39,062 bases of DNA from Candidatus Saccharimonadota bacterium (GTDB taxonomy: Bacteria > Patescibacteriota > Saccharimonadia > Saccharimonadales > Saccharimonadaceae), in contig JAUNRI010000001.1 of NCBI GenBank assembly GCA_030535695.1, forward strand, positions 1 through 39,062, in the 5' to 3' direction. A model generated the notes under the pieces. That model did not search any database. It was not told the DNA's origin and saw only the letters and a program-made list of their open reading frames with translations. A program made the position numbers and the translations under genes. Shown piece by piece: positions 1 through 8,426 of this stretch (within the stretch, counting starts at the first letter, position 1; each line of letters starts with the position of its first letter).

Positions 1-82
1 TTATATCATACTTACGCAAAAATATCAACTATTAGACCATCAAAAATCCACGAAAACTCAAAAACCAAAGAGGCCAAATCTT

Positions 83-718
83 CTACCCCTGCCTCAGATT
101 CCTAATATCATCCATCACCCCCTCTTTTCCAGCGTCTAGCCCTCTGCCAGAAAGTACCGTCAGCACCGTCAAAATCAAGATTTTTACATCCTGCCGGAAC
201 GAAAAATTCTGTACATAGATAATATCATACTCAATTTTTGAGAAAATTGAAATCCCATTTCTACCCTTCACTTGGGCAAGACCAGTAATTCCAGGAAGGA
301 CTGAGGCTCTGACTCTCTCTTCCTTATTCATATTGGTCCAATATTCTACCACCCAAGGTCTTGGGCCTACAAAACTCATTTGCCCCAAAAAAACATTAAA
401 AAGCTGTGGTAGTTCATACAAAGATAATCTACGAATTACTTTCCCCACGCGTGTATATTCATCTCGTTTAGAAAAATCATGCATGTCATTATCATATACC
501 ATACTTCTAAATTTAAAAATCCTAAATATTTTGCCATCTTTTCCTACTCTTTCCTGACGAAAAAGTGCCGGGCCTGGACTATCAATTTTAATTAGTGCTG
601 CAATAATCAGCATCAAAGGTAAAAAAACCACCACTAAAATGGTAGCAAATATCAAATCCAGTCCTCTTTTAATTACGGCGTATTTTGGCATCGGTAAACT
701 CCTAGACCTGATGCCCAC
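83..718 (-). CDS. Small monotopic phosphoglycosyl transferase (bacterial sugar transferase, PglC/EpsL-like); catalytic DE dyad reads YE
   Basis: KRGLD + one hydrophobic segment + IKIDSPGPALFRQERVG, FKFRSM, SLYELPQLFNVFLGQMSFVGPRP, PGITGLAQVKGRN. True start may be the ATG at 691. Confidence 0.9.
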   Translation of the reverse strand: MGIRSRSLPMPKYAVIKRGLDLIFATILVVVFLPLMLIIAALIKIDSPGPALFRQERVGKDGKIFRIFKFRSMVYDNDMHDFSKRDEYTRVGKVIRRLSLYELPQLFNVFLGQMSFVGPRPWVVEYWTNMNKEERVRASVLPGITGLAQVKGRNGISIFSKIEYDIIYVQNFSFRQDVKILILTVLTVLSGRGLDAGKEGVMDDIRNLRQG

Positions 719-739
719 CCAAAAATATCAGTTATCTAC

Positions 740-768
740 ATCATACCACGAAGAACGCTTTTTGTCAA
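740..768 (-). promoter_or_regulatory. Sigma70 promoter for the sugar transferase
   Basis: Minus strand TTGACA (768-763), 17 nt spacer, TGG-TATGAT (745-740). Confidence 0.7.
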
Positions 769-785
769 CTGAGGTTAAAACCAAC

Positions 786-2378
786 TTAATTTAACATGTT
801 TTGAAAATTCAATGGTTCAGCCAAAACATCCATTCCCTCTGGAGTTTTACCAGTATTGAATATTGTTGCCCAATATTCATATCTATTTTTTCCAGAAAAG
901 ATTGTTTCAGCCAACGCTCTGTCTCGCCATAATGGCAAAGCCACAAAATTTTTCACAAAATTTTCAATATTTGCCCATAATTGATCTGGAATTTTCTGTT
1001 GGAATAAATTTTCTTTATTGTAATTTCCACCAGTAGTAGCTAAGAAATATGAGTTCATAATATCTACAATTTTTCTAAGCCAGTTAATCATAATCTCTTC
1101 TTTACTCACGCGATATGCTATCAAATGCTCATCCGTAATATCTTTATCTTTTTGTTTAACAATCATCTCCTCGATCTTGTTCGTTCCCACCTCTACATCA
1201 AACTTCCCCACATAAATTGTGTCAGCTAATATATCACATAATTTAATTAATTGAGCAGATTCTAATACCCTTGGGTTATTGTCATCATCTGCATCCATCG
1301 GTGTACTTAAAATAGTCTTTGAATTAATAAAAATCGAAAGGAGAGTCTTTTCAAATGCGCTGTAAGAAATTGGTTTACTTTTACCCCTACCCTCCGTATC
1401 AATATAGTCATAAAGTTTTGAGCCCTTAGTAATTGCGTCTTTCTGGCTATTAATAATATATTGTTTAATATTACCACGATCGCCCTTAAAGTATTCCACC
1501 AAATCTTGTTCCGAAAAATTATAATCATCTGGTTTTAAATTATGCGCTTCTTGATATTCTACAATTTTACCATTTAAAAGACCACTATGTAGCTGCCTAA
1601 TTACCAACTTATCAAATGCAATTTGTCTCAACTTGCTACCAGCAGTAGTGTTAGTTTCTTCCAATTTCGCTACATCTGGATTTATAAATAATCTCAAAAC
1701 CAGCTTTCTTATCCCCAACATAATTTGTGCCACTGCCTTATGCTGACCATCAAAAATTTTAATTTTCCCATCATCAATTCTAGCAAGACCCAGTTGGAGC
1801 TGTGGATTGCCTTTATAAAATTCTTTAATTAATCCAGAAATATTATTATTAATTCCACGTGGATTAATTTTTTCATCATGATAAATATATTCTATTGGCA
1901 CTTCAATAAAAGCAGTTTTTTCACCAGATAATTTATCCTCATAAATTCGCGTCTTATAAATATCTGTTCCCAATTCATTAAACGAATAAACTATTTCATC
2001 GCCATCAATACTATACTTAAAATCATACTTGCTCCCACCAAATTCTCTCAAAACATCTGCAAGCGTAGCCTTTTGTTTCTTATCCACATTACTTCTAATA
2101 TTTTCCAATTTTAAAAGTATCTTTGCTACGTTAAGATCTGCATCAAGTTTAGTTTTATTACAATGTTCATGTGCTAAAGCAAAATTAATTGGGTCATCCT
2201 TCCCACCATTTACAAGCGGCACCACATGGTCCACATTCACATTCTGATTCTGCACATCTAAATTAATTTCCTTCCCACAAATAAAACATTTCCCACCCTG
2301 TGCCACGTGTAATCGTTTCACCAAATCGTCATATTTTCCTTCACTTTGTAATTTGCTAAGATATGCCGAATGAGCCAT
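786..2378 (-). CDS. HNH endonuclease fused to a ParB/Srx (DGQHR-like) domain and a long C-terminal region; putative defence protein
   Basis: N-terminal CFIC...VDHVVPLVNGGKDDPINFALAHEHCN (HNH with Zn ligands); central INPR...IKIFDGQHKAVA; SD AAGGAGG 5-6 nt before the ATG; visibly AT-richer than rny. Confidence 0.8.
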   Translation of the reverse strand: MAHSAYLSKLQSEGKYDDLVKRLHVAQGGKCFICGKEINLDVQNQNVNVDHVVPLVNGGKDDPINFALAHEHCNKTKLDADLNVAKILLKLENIRSNVDKKQKATLADVLREFGGSKYDFKYSIDGDEIVYSFNELGTDIYKTRIYEDKLSGEKTAFIEVPIEYIYHDEKINPRGINNNISGLIKEFYKGNPQLQLGLARIDDGKIKIFDGQHKAVAQIMLGIRKLVLRLFINPDVAKLEETNTTAGSKLRQIAFDKLVIRQLHSGLLNGKIVEYQEAHNLKPDDYNFSEQDLVEYFKGDRGNIKQYIINSQKDAITKGSKLYDYIDTEGRGKSKPISYSAFEKTLLSIFINSKTILSTPMDADDDNNPRVLESAQLIKLCDILADTIYVGKFDVEVGTNKIEEMIVKQKDKDITDEHLIAYRVSKEEIMINWLRKIVDIMNSYFLATTGGNYNKENLFQQKIPDQLWANIENFVKNFVALPLWRDRALAETIFSGKNRYEYWATIFNTGKTPEGMDVLAEPLNFQNMLN

Positions 2379-2391
2379 AGAACCTCCTTAA

Positions 2392-3909
2392 TTATTTCGC
2401 ATATTCAATTGCTCGGGTTTCTCTAATCACATTCACCTTAATCACGCCAGGATAGCTCATCGTAGCTTCAATTTTATTAGCAATATCACGAGCCAATTTC
2501 AAAGCCGAAAGATCGTCGATTTGTTTTGGCTCTACTATCACACGAACTTCCCGACCAGCCGAGATTGCATAGGCCTTATCAATACCTGGGAACGAAGTTG
2601 CGATGTTTTCAAGATCGCGCATACGTTCTGCAAAGTTCTCAGCCGAAATATTTCTAGCACCAGGACGGGCAGCACTCATCGCATCACAAATCTTAATAAT
2701 AATTGCTTCTGGTGTAGTCGGCTCAATGTCATCGTGATGCGCTGCAATTGCGTGCACAACCTCATCTGGCATACCATATTTCTTAGCAAGCTCCGCGCCA
2801 ATCTCTGCATGCTTACCTTCAATTTTGTGAGTCACGGCCTTACCCATATCATGCATCAAAGCTGCAGTTTTAGCAATTCTTTTATCTGCCCCAATTTCTT
2901 CAGCAATCATACCAGCCACGTGTGCCATTTCAATAGAATGTAGAAGCACATTTTGCCCATAAGAAGTACGGAACTTTAGTTCACCAAGTAGGTGCACAAG
3001 TTCGCGTGGAATACCAACAAGGCCAACTTCACGAACAGCGTCCTCACCAGCACGCACAACTTCTTTTTCAATCTCTTTTTCACCTTTTGCCACAGCTTCT
3101 TCAATCGAAGCAGGGTTTACGCGACCGTCTTTCATCAAACGTTCAAGCGCATATCTAGCTACCTGACGACGAATTGGATCAAAGGAAGAAAGTACCACCA
3201 TACCAGGCGTATCATCAACTAAAATATCTACGCCAGTAGCACGTTGAAGCGCCTGGATATTGCGTCCTTCCTTACCAATAATCCGACCTTTCATATCGTC
3301 GTCTGGAAGATGCAAAGCCGTTACGGTTCTATCTGCTGTTACTTCAGAAGACATCCGTTCCATTGCAGTTAAAAGAATTGCCTGTGCAGTTTCTTCTACA
3401 TCATGCTTAATTTCTTTTTGCTCTTTGGCAACCAAATTAACGAGATCTTGCTTGATATCGTTTTCGGTCATTTTCATAAGTTTATCACGAGCTTCAGTTT
3501 TAGAAAGCCCAGCAATTTTTTCTAGTTTTTCATGTTGCTTATTGCGAATATCACGCACTTCATTTTTGAGATCCTCAAGCTCTTTTTCTTGTACACTAAG
3601 CTTCTCGGTCTTTTTCTCCAATTGATCGAGTTTGCTATCTAGCGCAGTTTCACGCTCAGTCAAACGGTTTTCGGTTTTCTTCCATTCTTTGCGTCTTTCG
3701 CTTTCTTCAGCTTGGCTTTTTTCAGCAATCGAAGTCGCTTCTTTTCTAGCAGTCAACACAATTTCCGATGCTTCTTTTTTGGCTTTACGTACCAAATCAT
3801 CAGCCTTATCTTTACCCCCGTTTTCATTATGTTTATTGTAAGCAAAAACCCCTCCCGCCCCTGCCGCAAGGCTTATCACTGCGACAACAATTGGGATTAC
3901 AATTTCCAT
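2392..3909 (-). CDS. rny: Ribonuclease Y
   Basis: N-terminal TM helix, coiled coil, KH motif MKGRIIGKEGRNI, RTSYGQNVL, HD motif LMHDMGK, SAARPGAR, AISAGREVRV. Confidence 0.97.
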   Translation of the reverse strand: MEIVIPIVVAVISLAAGAGGVFAYNKHNENGGKDKADDLVRKAKKEASEIVLTARKEATSIAEKSQAEESERRKEWKKTENRLTERETALDSKLDQLEKKTEKLSVQEKELEDLKNEVRDIRNKQHEKLEKIAGLSKTEARDKLMKMTENDIKQDLVNLVAKEQKEIKHDVEETAQAILLTAMERMSSEVTADRTVTALHLPDDDMKGRIIGKEGRNIQALQRATGVDILVDDTPGMVVLSSFDPIRRQVARYALERLMKDGRVNPASIEEAVAKGEKEIEKEVVRAGEDAVREVGLVGIPRELVHLLGELKFRTSYGQNVLLHSIEMAHVAGMIAEEIGADKRIAKTAALMHDMGKAVTHKIEGKHAEIGAELAKKYGMPDEVVHAIAAHHDDIEPTTPEAIIIKICDAMSAARPGARNISAENFAERMRDLENIATSFPGIDKAYAISAGREVRVIVEPKQIDDLSALKLARDIANKIEATMSYPGVIKVNVIRETRAIEYAK

Positions 3910-3932
3910 AAATTCCCTTTCTAATTGTTTTT

Positions 3933-3956
3933 GTTGATATTTTTCTCTATATCAAC
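3933..3956. promoter_or_regulatory. Perfect 8-bp hairpin in the rny 5' leader
   Basis: GTTGATAT-ttttctct-ATATCAAC lies between the extended -10 (TGG-TATAAT, 4006-3998) and the rny ATG. Confidence 0.5.
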
Positions 3957-4023
3957 GGGTTAACAAATAACATCAATTTAATTAATTTCCGTTATCTATT
4001 ATACCACAATTTCAAAAAAATTT

Positions 4024-4239
4024 CTAGGCGGGAATTGTCATTTCTACAGAACCAGTAGAAACATTACGAACGATTAGGCTCACCCCATCCCAAGATTTCT
4101 CAATCTTATGTGTCACCCATCCCGACGAATTTCGCACCACCAAAGAATTAGAAAGTAAACTCCCCTCTATATAAGAAGTCCCTTCCGGCCCACGATAAAT
4201 CACCCCATTTGAGAGTAACATCTCTTCCAATTTTGCCAT
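4024..4239 (-). CDS. Small hypothetical protein (71 aa)
   Basis: Fills the rny-dnaJ gap; SD GGAGGT just upstream; TAAAAT -10-like hexamer at 4269-4264. Confidence 0.65.
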   Translation of the reverse strand: MAKLEEMLLSNGVIYRGPEGTSYIEGSLLSNSLVVRNSSGWVTHKIEKSWDGVSLIVRNVSTGSVEMTIPA

Positions 4240-4322
4240 AATATACCTCCACTTGTTTTCTCCATTTTACTCCCACCAAAACCAAAAAACAAGCATAAGC
4301 AAAATCTCAATCTAAACAAATT

Positions 4323-5231
4323 TTACAAACCAAACAGCCCGCGTTTTTTTGCCGACTTAAATTCTTCCAAAAGTTCCTTTTGTTTTTTAGACAAATTCTT
4401 TGGCGTTTCTACCAAAATCGTCACAATATGTGGACCCCTGTCCCCATCAGAACGGAAAGGCACACCATGCCCAGACAGTTTAAACGGCGTCCCGCTTTGC
4501 GTACCCGCCGGCACTTTCATCGTCACCGGGCCATCCACGGTCAAAACTTCCACTTCACAACCCAGCGCCGCATCCACCATATCAATTTTGTGTTCAGACA
4601 GAATAATCGCACCTTCCCGCATCAAAGATTTGTGTGGCTTTACCCGCACTCGCACATACAAATCCCCTGGTTCCGTACCACCTTCTGGCGCCGGACCACC
4701 TTTACCGCGTAAACGAATACTCATCCCATCGTCAATCCCTGCCGGGATTTTTACCTTCATATTCTTGCCATTATTATCCACGGTTTTGGTAGTGCCAAAA
4801 ATGGCTTCTTCAAAAGTCAAAGTCACCGAAACTTGATAATCCGCCCCGCGCCGCGGCCGCCTAGCCCCCGCACCAAATCCAAACAAATTTCCAATAATAT
4901 CATCAAACACTCCACCATTACCAAATTCAAAATTAAAGGTTTGCCCGTTAAATCCGCCAAACGGATTGCCAGCGCCACCAAATGGATTACCACCACCAGC
5001 TCCACTTACACCAGCATGCCCAAATTGATCATACCGTGCCCGTTTTTGTTTATCAGACAAAACATCATGTGCTTCGTTAATTTCTTTAAATTTAGCCTCG
5101 GCTTCTTTATCGCCCGGATTCTTATCTGGGTGATATTTAATTGCCAATTTGCGATAGGCCTTTTTAATCTCATCATCAGAAGCGTTCTTTGAAACGCCCA
5201 AAACTTCGTAATAATCACGTTTTTCTGCCAT
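4323..5231 (-). CDS. dnaJ: DnaJ-class co-chaperone without zinc finger (class B)
   Basis: J domain with HPD, G/F-rich linker, C-terminal substrate-binding domains, no CxxCxGxG repeats. Start moved to ATG 5231 ([12 protein letters not shown]). Confidence 0.93.
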   Translation of the reverse strand: MAEKRDYYEVLGVSKNASDDEIKKAYRKLAIKYHPDKNPGDKEAEAKFKEINEAHDVLSDKQKRARYDQFGHAGVSGAGGGNPFGGAGNPFGGFNGQTFNFEFGNGGVFDDIIGNLFGFGAGARRPRRGADYQVSVTLTFEEAIFGTTKTVDNNGKNMKVKIPAGIDDGMSIRLRGKGGPAPEGGTEPGDLYVRVRVKPHKSLMREGAIILSEHKIDMVDAALGCEVEVLTVDGPVTMKVPAGTQSGTPFKLSGHGVPFRSDGDRGPHIVTILVETPKNLSKKQKELLEEFKSAKKRGLFGL

Positions 5232-5248
5232 ATATATATTATATATTA

Positions 5249-5275
5249 CTAGCACTCAAAAAGCAAGAGTGCCAG
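5249..5275. promoter_or_regulatory. CIRCE element (HrcA operator) upstream of dnaJ
   Basis: CTAGCACTC-N9-GAGTGCCAG versus consensus TTAGCACTC-N9-GAGTGCTAA; lies just upstream of TATAAT (5243-5238). Confidence 0.88.
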
Positions 5276-5284
5276 CCACCAATC

Positions 5285-6586
5285 TTAGTGCGTCCTTCTA
5301 TACACATTGTAATGTCTAGACCCACCCTTATCACTCAAATATACTCCCGAAAAATTTTCACCAGTTCTGTCATTATAAGACGCCGAGGCTTGTTGCCCGT
5401 TCCCTAGATTAATATAAATATGTCGCCCGTTATCGGTCGCTACCAAAATGTCACCTGGCTGCAAATCACTTGTATCACTCACCATCACCTGTGTATACAT
5501 CTCCGGGTGCGATTGCATATAACTTTCTTGCACCGCTGGGCCCGTAGCTGGGAATGAAGGATCCGCCCCCGAATATCGCATCACCGTCGCCACAAAGATA
5601 TCACAAGAAGCCCCTACCGGTGCGCAATCGCTACTATTCCTACATGGCGTAAAGTAAGTTCCTACTGCTTTCATCGCTTCTATATACTCCTGCTTTGGAT
5701 CACTTGCACTATGACCTTTGCCATCCCAAGAAAGCAATTTTGCCGTTTCTACAATATCGCCGCCAAATATTCCGCTACCACCCTCCGTATCTTCACAATA
5801 ATCATTTCCATACAGTGCTTCGTATTTTACATAAGCCCCCATCCGCCCAGTGGTAGAGCTAGCATCATACACTCCATCTTTGGTGTATCTTCCCGCCCAA
5901 GCTGGATCCATTTCCGAAGAAGACGGGTCTCGCCGCGCATCATAACCGTTCATCACATAAGCCGAGCCTTCCCCATTCTGCGCTTCTTCAAGCGAGAAAC
6001 CCATTGCGAGGGCCTTTTCTATATACTGAGAAGACGCTCCGTTATATTTAAAAAACAGTTTCTTCACATTATCCGGGTTATTCAAATCTCCTGCCATCGA
6101 AGATACAATACTGCCAGCAATCTCAGTCTGCCTTCTAAACTCATCCTCAGAAATCGAGCTCGCCGGCGCAAACGAATTTTCATTCGTACCACCCTTGGTA
6201 TAAGAATACAGCTGATACACTCCCTGGCCATTATTAGGATTATACCGCCGAAGCCCCGTCTCTAAGCTATGTAAAACCGCCAACACTTGCCACGGAAAAC
6301 CATATTCATTAGCCACTTCTTCATAAATCGCCCGGTTTTCATTAATCGCGGCTAGCTCCGCCTCACTCCACACCGGCACTCCCGCATAGTTTTGATTACT
6401 ACCGGTCTCCACCGTACAATCATCTCCACTCCCCGCATTCCGGTAATAATAAATCCCATTCATGCCATAAAAATACAACTTAGCCTCATCAATAATTTTC
6501 AAAGCCGAGGCATCAATCGCCGTCAAAATCGGCAAAAACGCAAAAAGACTCGCCACCAACCCCACGAAAAAACTCTTTCGCTTCAT
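5285..6586 (-). CDS. Secreted bifunctional cell-wall hydrolase (lysozyme-like + NlpC/P60/CHAP-like), VirB1/CwlT analogue
   Basis: Signal peptide; PWQVLAVLHSLET...GVYQL...FFKYNG (lysozyme/SLT-like); ASCDIFVATVMR...LQPGDILV...GRHIYI (Cys-His); sits directly after virB4. Confidence 0.72.
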   Translation of the reverse strand: MKRKSFFVGLVASLFAFLPILTAIDASALKIIDEAKLYFYGMNGIYYYRNAGSGDDCTVETGSNQNYAGVPVWSEAELAAINENRAIYEEVANEYGFPWQVLAVLHSLETGLRRYNPNNGQGVYQLYSYTKGGTNENSFAPASSISEDEFRRQTEIAGSIVSSMAGDLNNPDNVKKLFFKYNGASSQYIEKALAMGFSLEEAQNGEGSAYVMNGYDARRDPSSSEMDPAWAGRYTKDGVYDASSTTGRMGAYVKYEALYGNDYCEDTEGGSGIFGGDIVETAKLLSWDGKGHSASDPKQEYIEAMKAVGTYFTPCRNSSDCAPVGASCDIFVATVMRYSGADPSFPATGPAVQESYMQSHPEMYTQVMVSDTSDLQPGDILVATDNGRHIYINLGNGQQASASYNDRTGENFSGVYLSDKGGSRHYNVYRRTH

Positions 6587-6605
6587 ATCTATATTATAAC
6601 ATATT

Positions 6606-8426
6606 TTACTGTCTTTGTTGAGCCTGCTGTGCTGGATTTGTGGTAATTAAACTTTCTTCTGTCTCTGATGCAATCACTTGAATATGCACGTGATTTTGCC
6701 CCGCAAAGAACAACCCTTGCCCCACCGGGAAGTTCGAAAGCCGCCTTTTTTCCTCTTCGGTCAATTTAAATACATCCGACAAAACATCCACTGCCGACGC
6801 CGATTGTTTCAACAAAAGTTGCATCGATGAGTTTGCTACAATCGCCCGGCCCATCTTCATGCCCATAAAGTCTTCTACGTCCTGAGTAATCGTGGTAAGA
6901 CCCAAATAATACTTACGTGCCCGCTTCGCTAGTGAGAACATAAAGTTCGCCGAATCTTCGTATTGCATCAACTGCCAAGCCTCATCCACAATCAAAAGGC
7001 GTTTCTTTTGATTAGCCCGCACAATGTTCCAAATGTGTGAAAGTACAATATACATTGCCACTGGCCTCAGCTCATCTTCAAGATCCCGAATATTAAATAC
7101 CACCATCTGATTATTAATATCCACGTTGGACTGTTGCGAGAAAATCCCTGCAAAAGTACCAGTAGTGTATTTGCGAAGCCTCTGTGCTAGTTGCGGCCCC
7201 GAGCCTTCCATATGTAATAATGTATCGTACAAATTCATAATAGTTGGCGGCGTCGATTGGTGCGTTAATGGGTCAGACGTAATCCCTGCCCTAGCATATG
7301 TATCAATCAAAGCTTGGTCAAGATCGGCTTCTTCATTTGGCGAAAGGGCACCCTGTCCCCCAGCTCCCACCGAACCAAGCATCAACCTAAATAGCCCATG
7401 TAACGTCACCAAATTAGCCCTAAGTGCATCATTAGCATCTTCCGAATCTACCACTTTAGGAAGATCAAATGGATTAATCCTTACATCCGAATTTAGAGAC
7501 AGCCGAATATAAGAACCACCTACCGCATCACATAATTTTTGATACTCATTTTCTGGATCAATAATAATAATTTCTGCACCCGTCATCATCGAACGTAGCG
7601 CCTCTAGTTTCACCGTAAACGACTTACCAGCACCAGACTTTGCAAACACCACCATATTGGCATTTTCAAGTGAAAATCTATCAAAAATCACCAACCCATT
7701 ATTATGCATATTAATACCATATAATATACCCTTATCCTGAGTTAAGTCTGCCGAAGTGAATGGGAAGGAAGTAGAAATCGCGCCGGTATTCATATTCCGA
7801 CGAATCTGCAACTGATCAGTACACTGTGGCATGATAGAATTAAGGCCCTGTTCTTGCTGCGAATTTGCCACCTTCGAGAAAATCATTTGCTGGCCAAACA
7901 TGGTTTCAATCTTTTGTTGTACAAACTTCAATTCATCCAAAGAATCTGCCCAAATCGTCACATATAAGCCAAACCGGAAAAATCTCTCCGCCCCTACCTG
8001 CAATTGGTCACGCAATTCCTCTGCGTCAGAAATCGCTGCTTCTAGTTCTGGGTCACGTACTTTACCTTTTTCTGCATTCAAATTATACGAAGCCTCAAGC
8101 TGCGTCACTTTTGTACGCAAATTTTTCATCACCACTGCCGACTCTACTGGATAAATATACATCGACACGTCAATTACTTCATCAATATTAATAATCGGCG
8201 AAATCCAACCCGTATAAAGCATCCGTGGATATCCATACACATAAATCGTCCGCCCATATTTAGTACCCAGTCTAAAATAGTCCGAATGAATTTCAATTGC
8301 CGATGGCGAAATCAAATCCCGAAGCGTATTAGTACCCTGCTCAAAGGCTCTTTGAATTTCCGCCATTTCCATGGCTTCGGCTTGCGCCGCAATCTCTACT
8401 GCTGTCAGTTTTTTCTTCTTTGCCAT
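6606..8426 (-). CDS. virB4: VirB4/ConE-family type IV secretion ATPase
   Basis: LYGIN...VIFDRF...NANMVVF, Walker A AKSGAGKS, IIIDPENEY, INPFD, Walker B LLIVDEAW, RARKYYLGLTTITQDV. Confidence 0.92.
   Translation of the reverse strand: MAKKKKLTAVEIAAQAEAMEMAEIQRAFEQGTNTLRDLISPSAIEIHSDYFRLGTKYGRTIYVYGYPRMLYTGWISPIINIDEVIDVSMYIYPVESAVVMKNLRTKVTQLEASYNLNAEKGKVRDPELEAAISDAEELRDQLQVGAERFFRFGLYVTIWADSLDELKFVQQKIETMFGQQMIFSKVANSQQEQGLNSIMPQCTDQLQIRRNMNTGAISTSFPFTSADLTQDKGILYGINMHNNGLVIFDRFSLENANMVVFAKSGAGKSFTVKLEALRSMMTGAEIIIIDPENEYQKLCDAVGGSYIRLSLNSDVRINPFDLPKVVDSEDANDALRANLVTLHGLFRLMLGSVGAGGQGALSPNEEADLDQALIDTYARAGITSDPLTHQSTPPTIMNLYDTLLHMEGSGPQLAQRLRKYTTGTFAGIFSQQSNVDINNQMVVFNIRDLEDELRPVAMYIVLSHIWNIVRANQKKRLLIVDEAWQLMQYEDSANFMFSLAKRARKYYLGLTTITQDVEDFMGMKMGRAIVANSSMQLLLKQSASAVDVLSDVFKLTEEEKRRLSNFPVGQGLFFAGQNHVHIQVIASETEESLITTNPAQQAQQRQ

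Noticed and set aside
786-2378. Cas9/IscB, group II intron maturase, or the restriction subunit of a type II RM system
   Set aside because: No RuvC or RT motifs and no adjacent methyltransferase; the HNH is N-terminal and followed by a DGQH motif.
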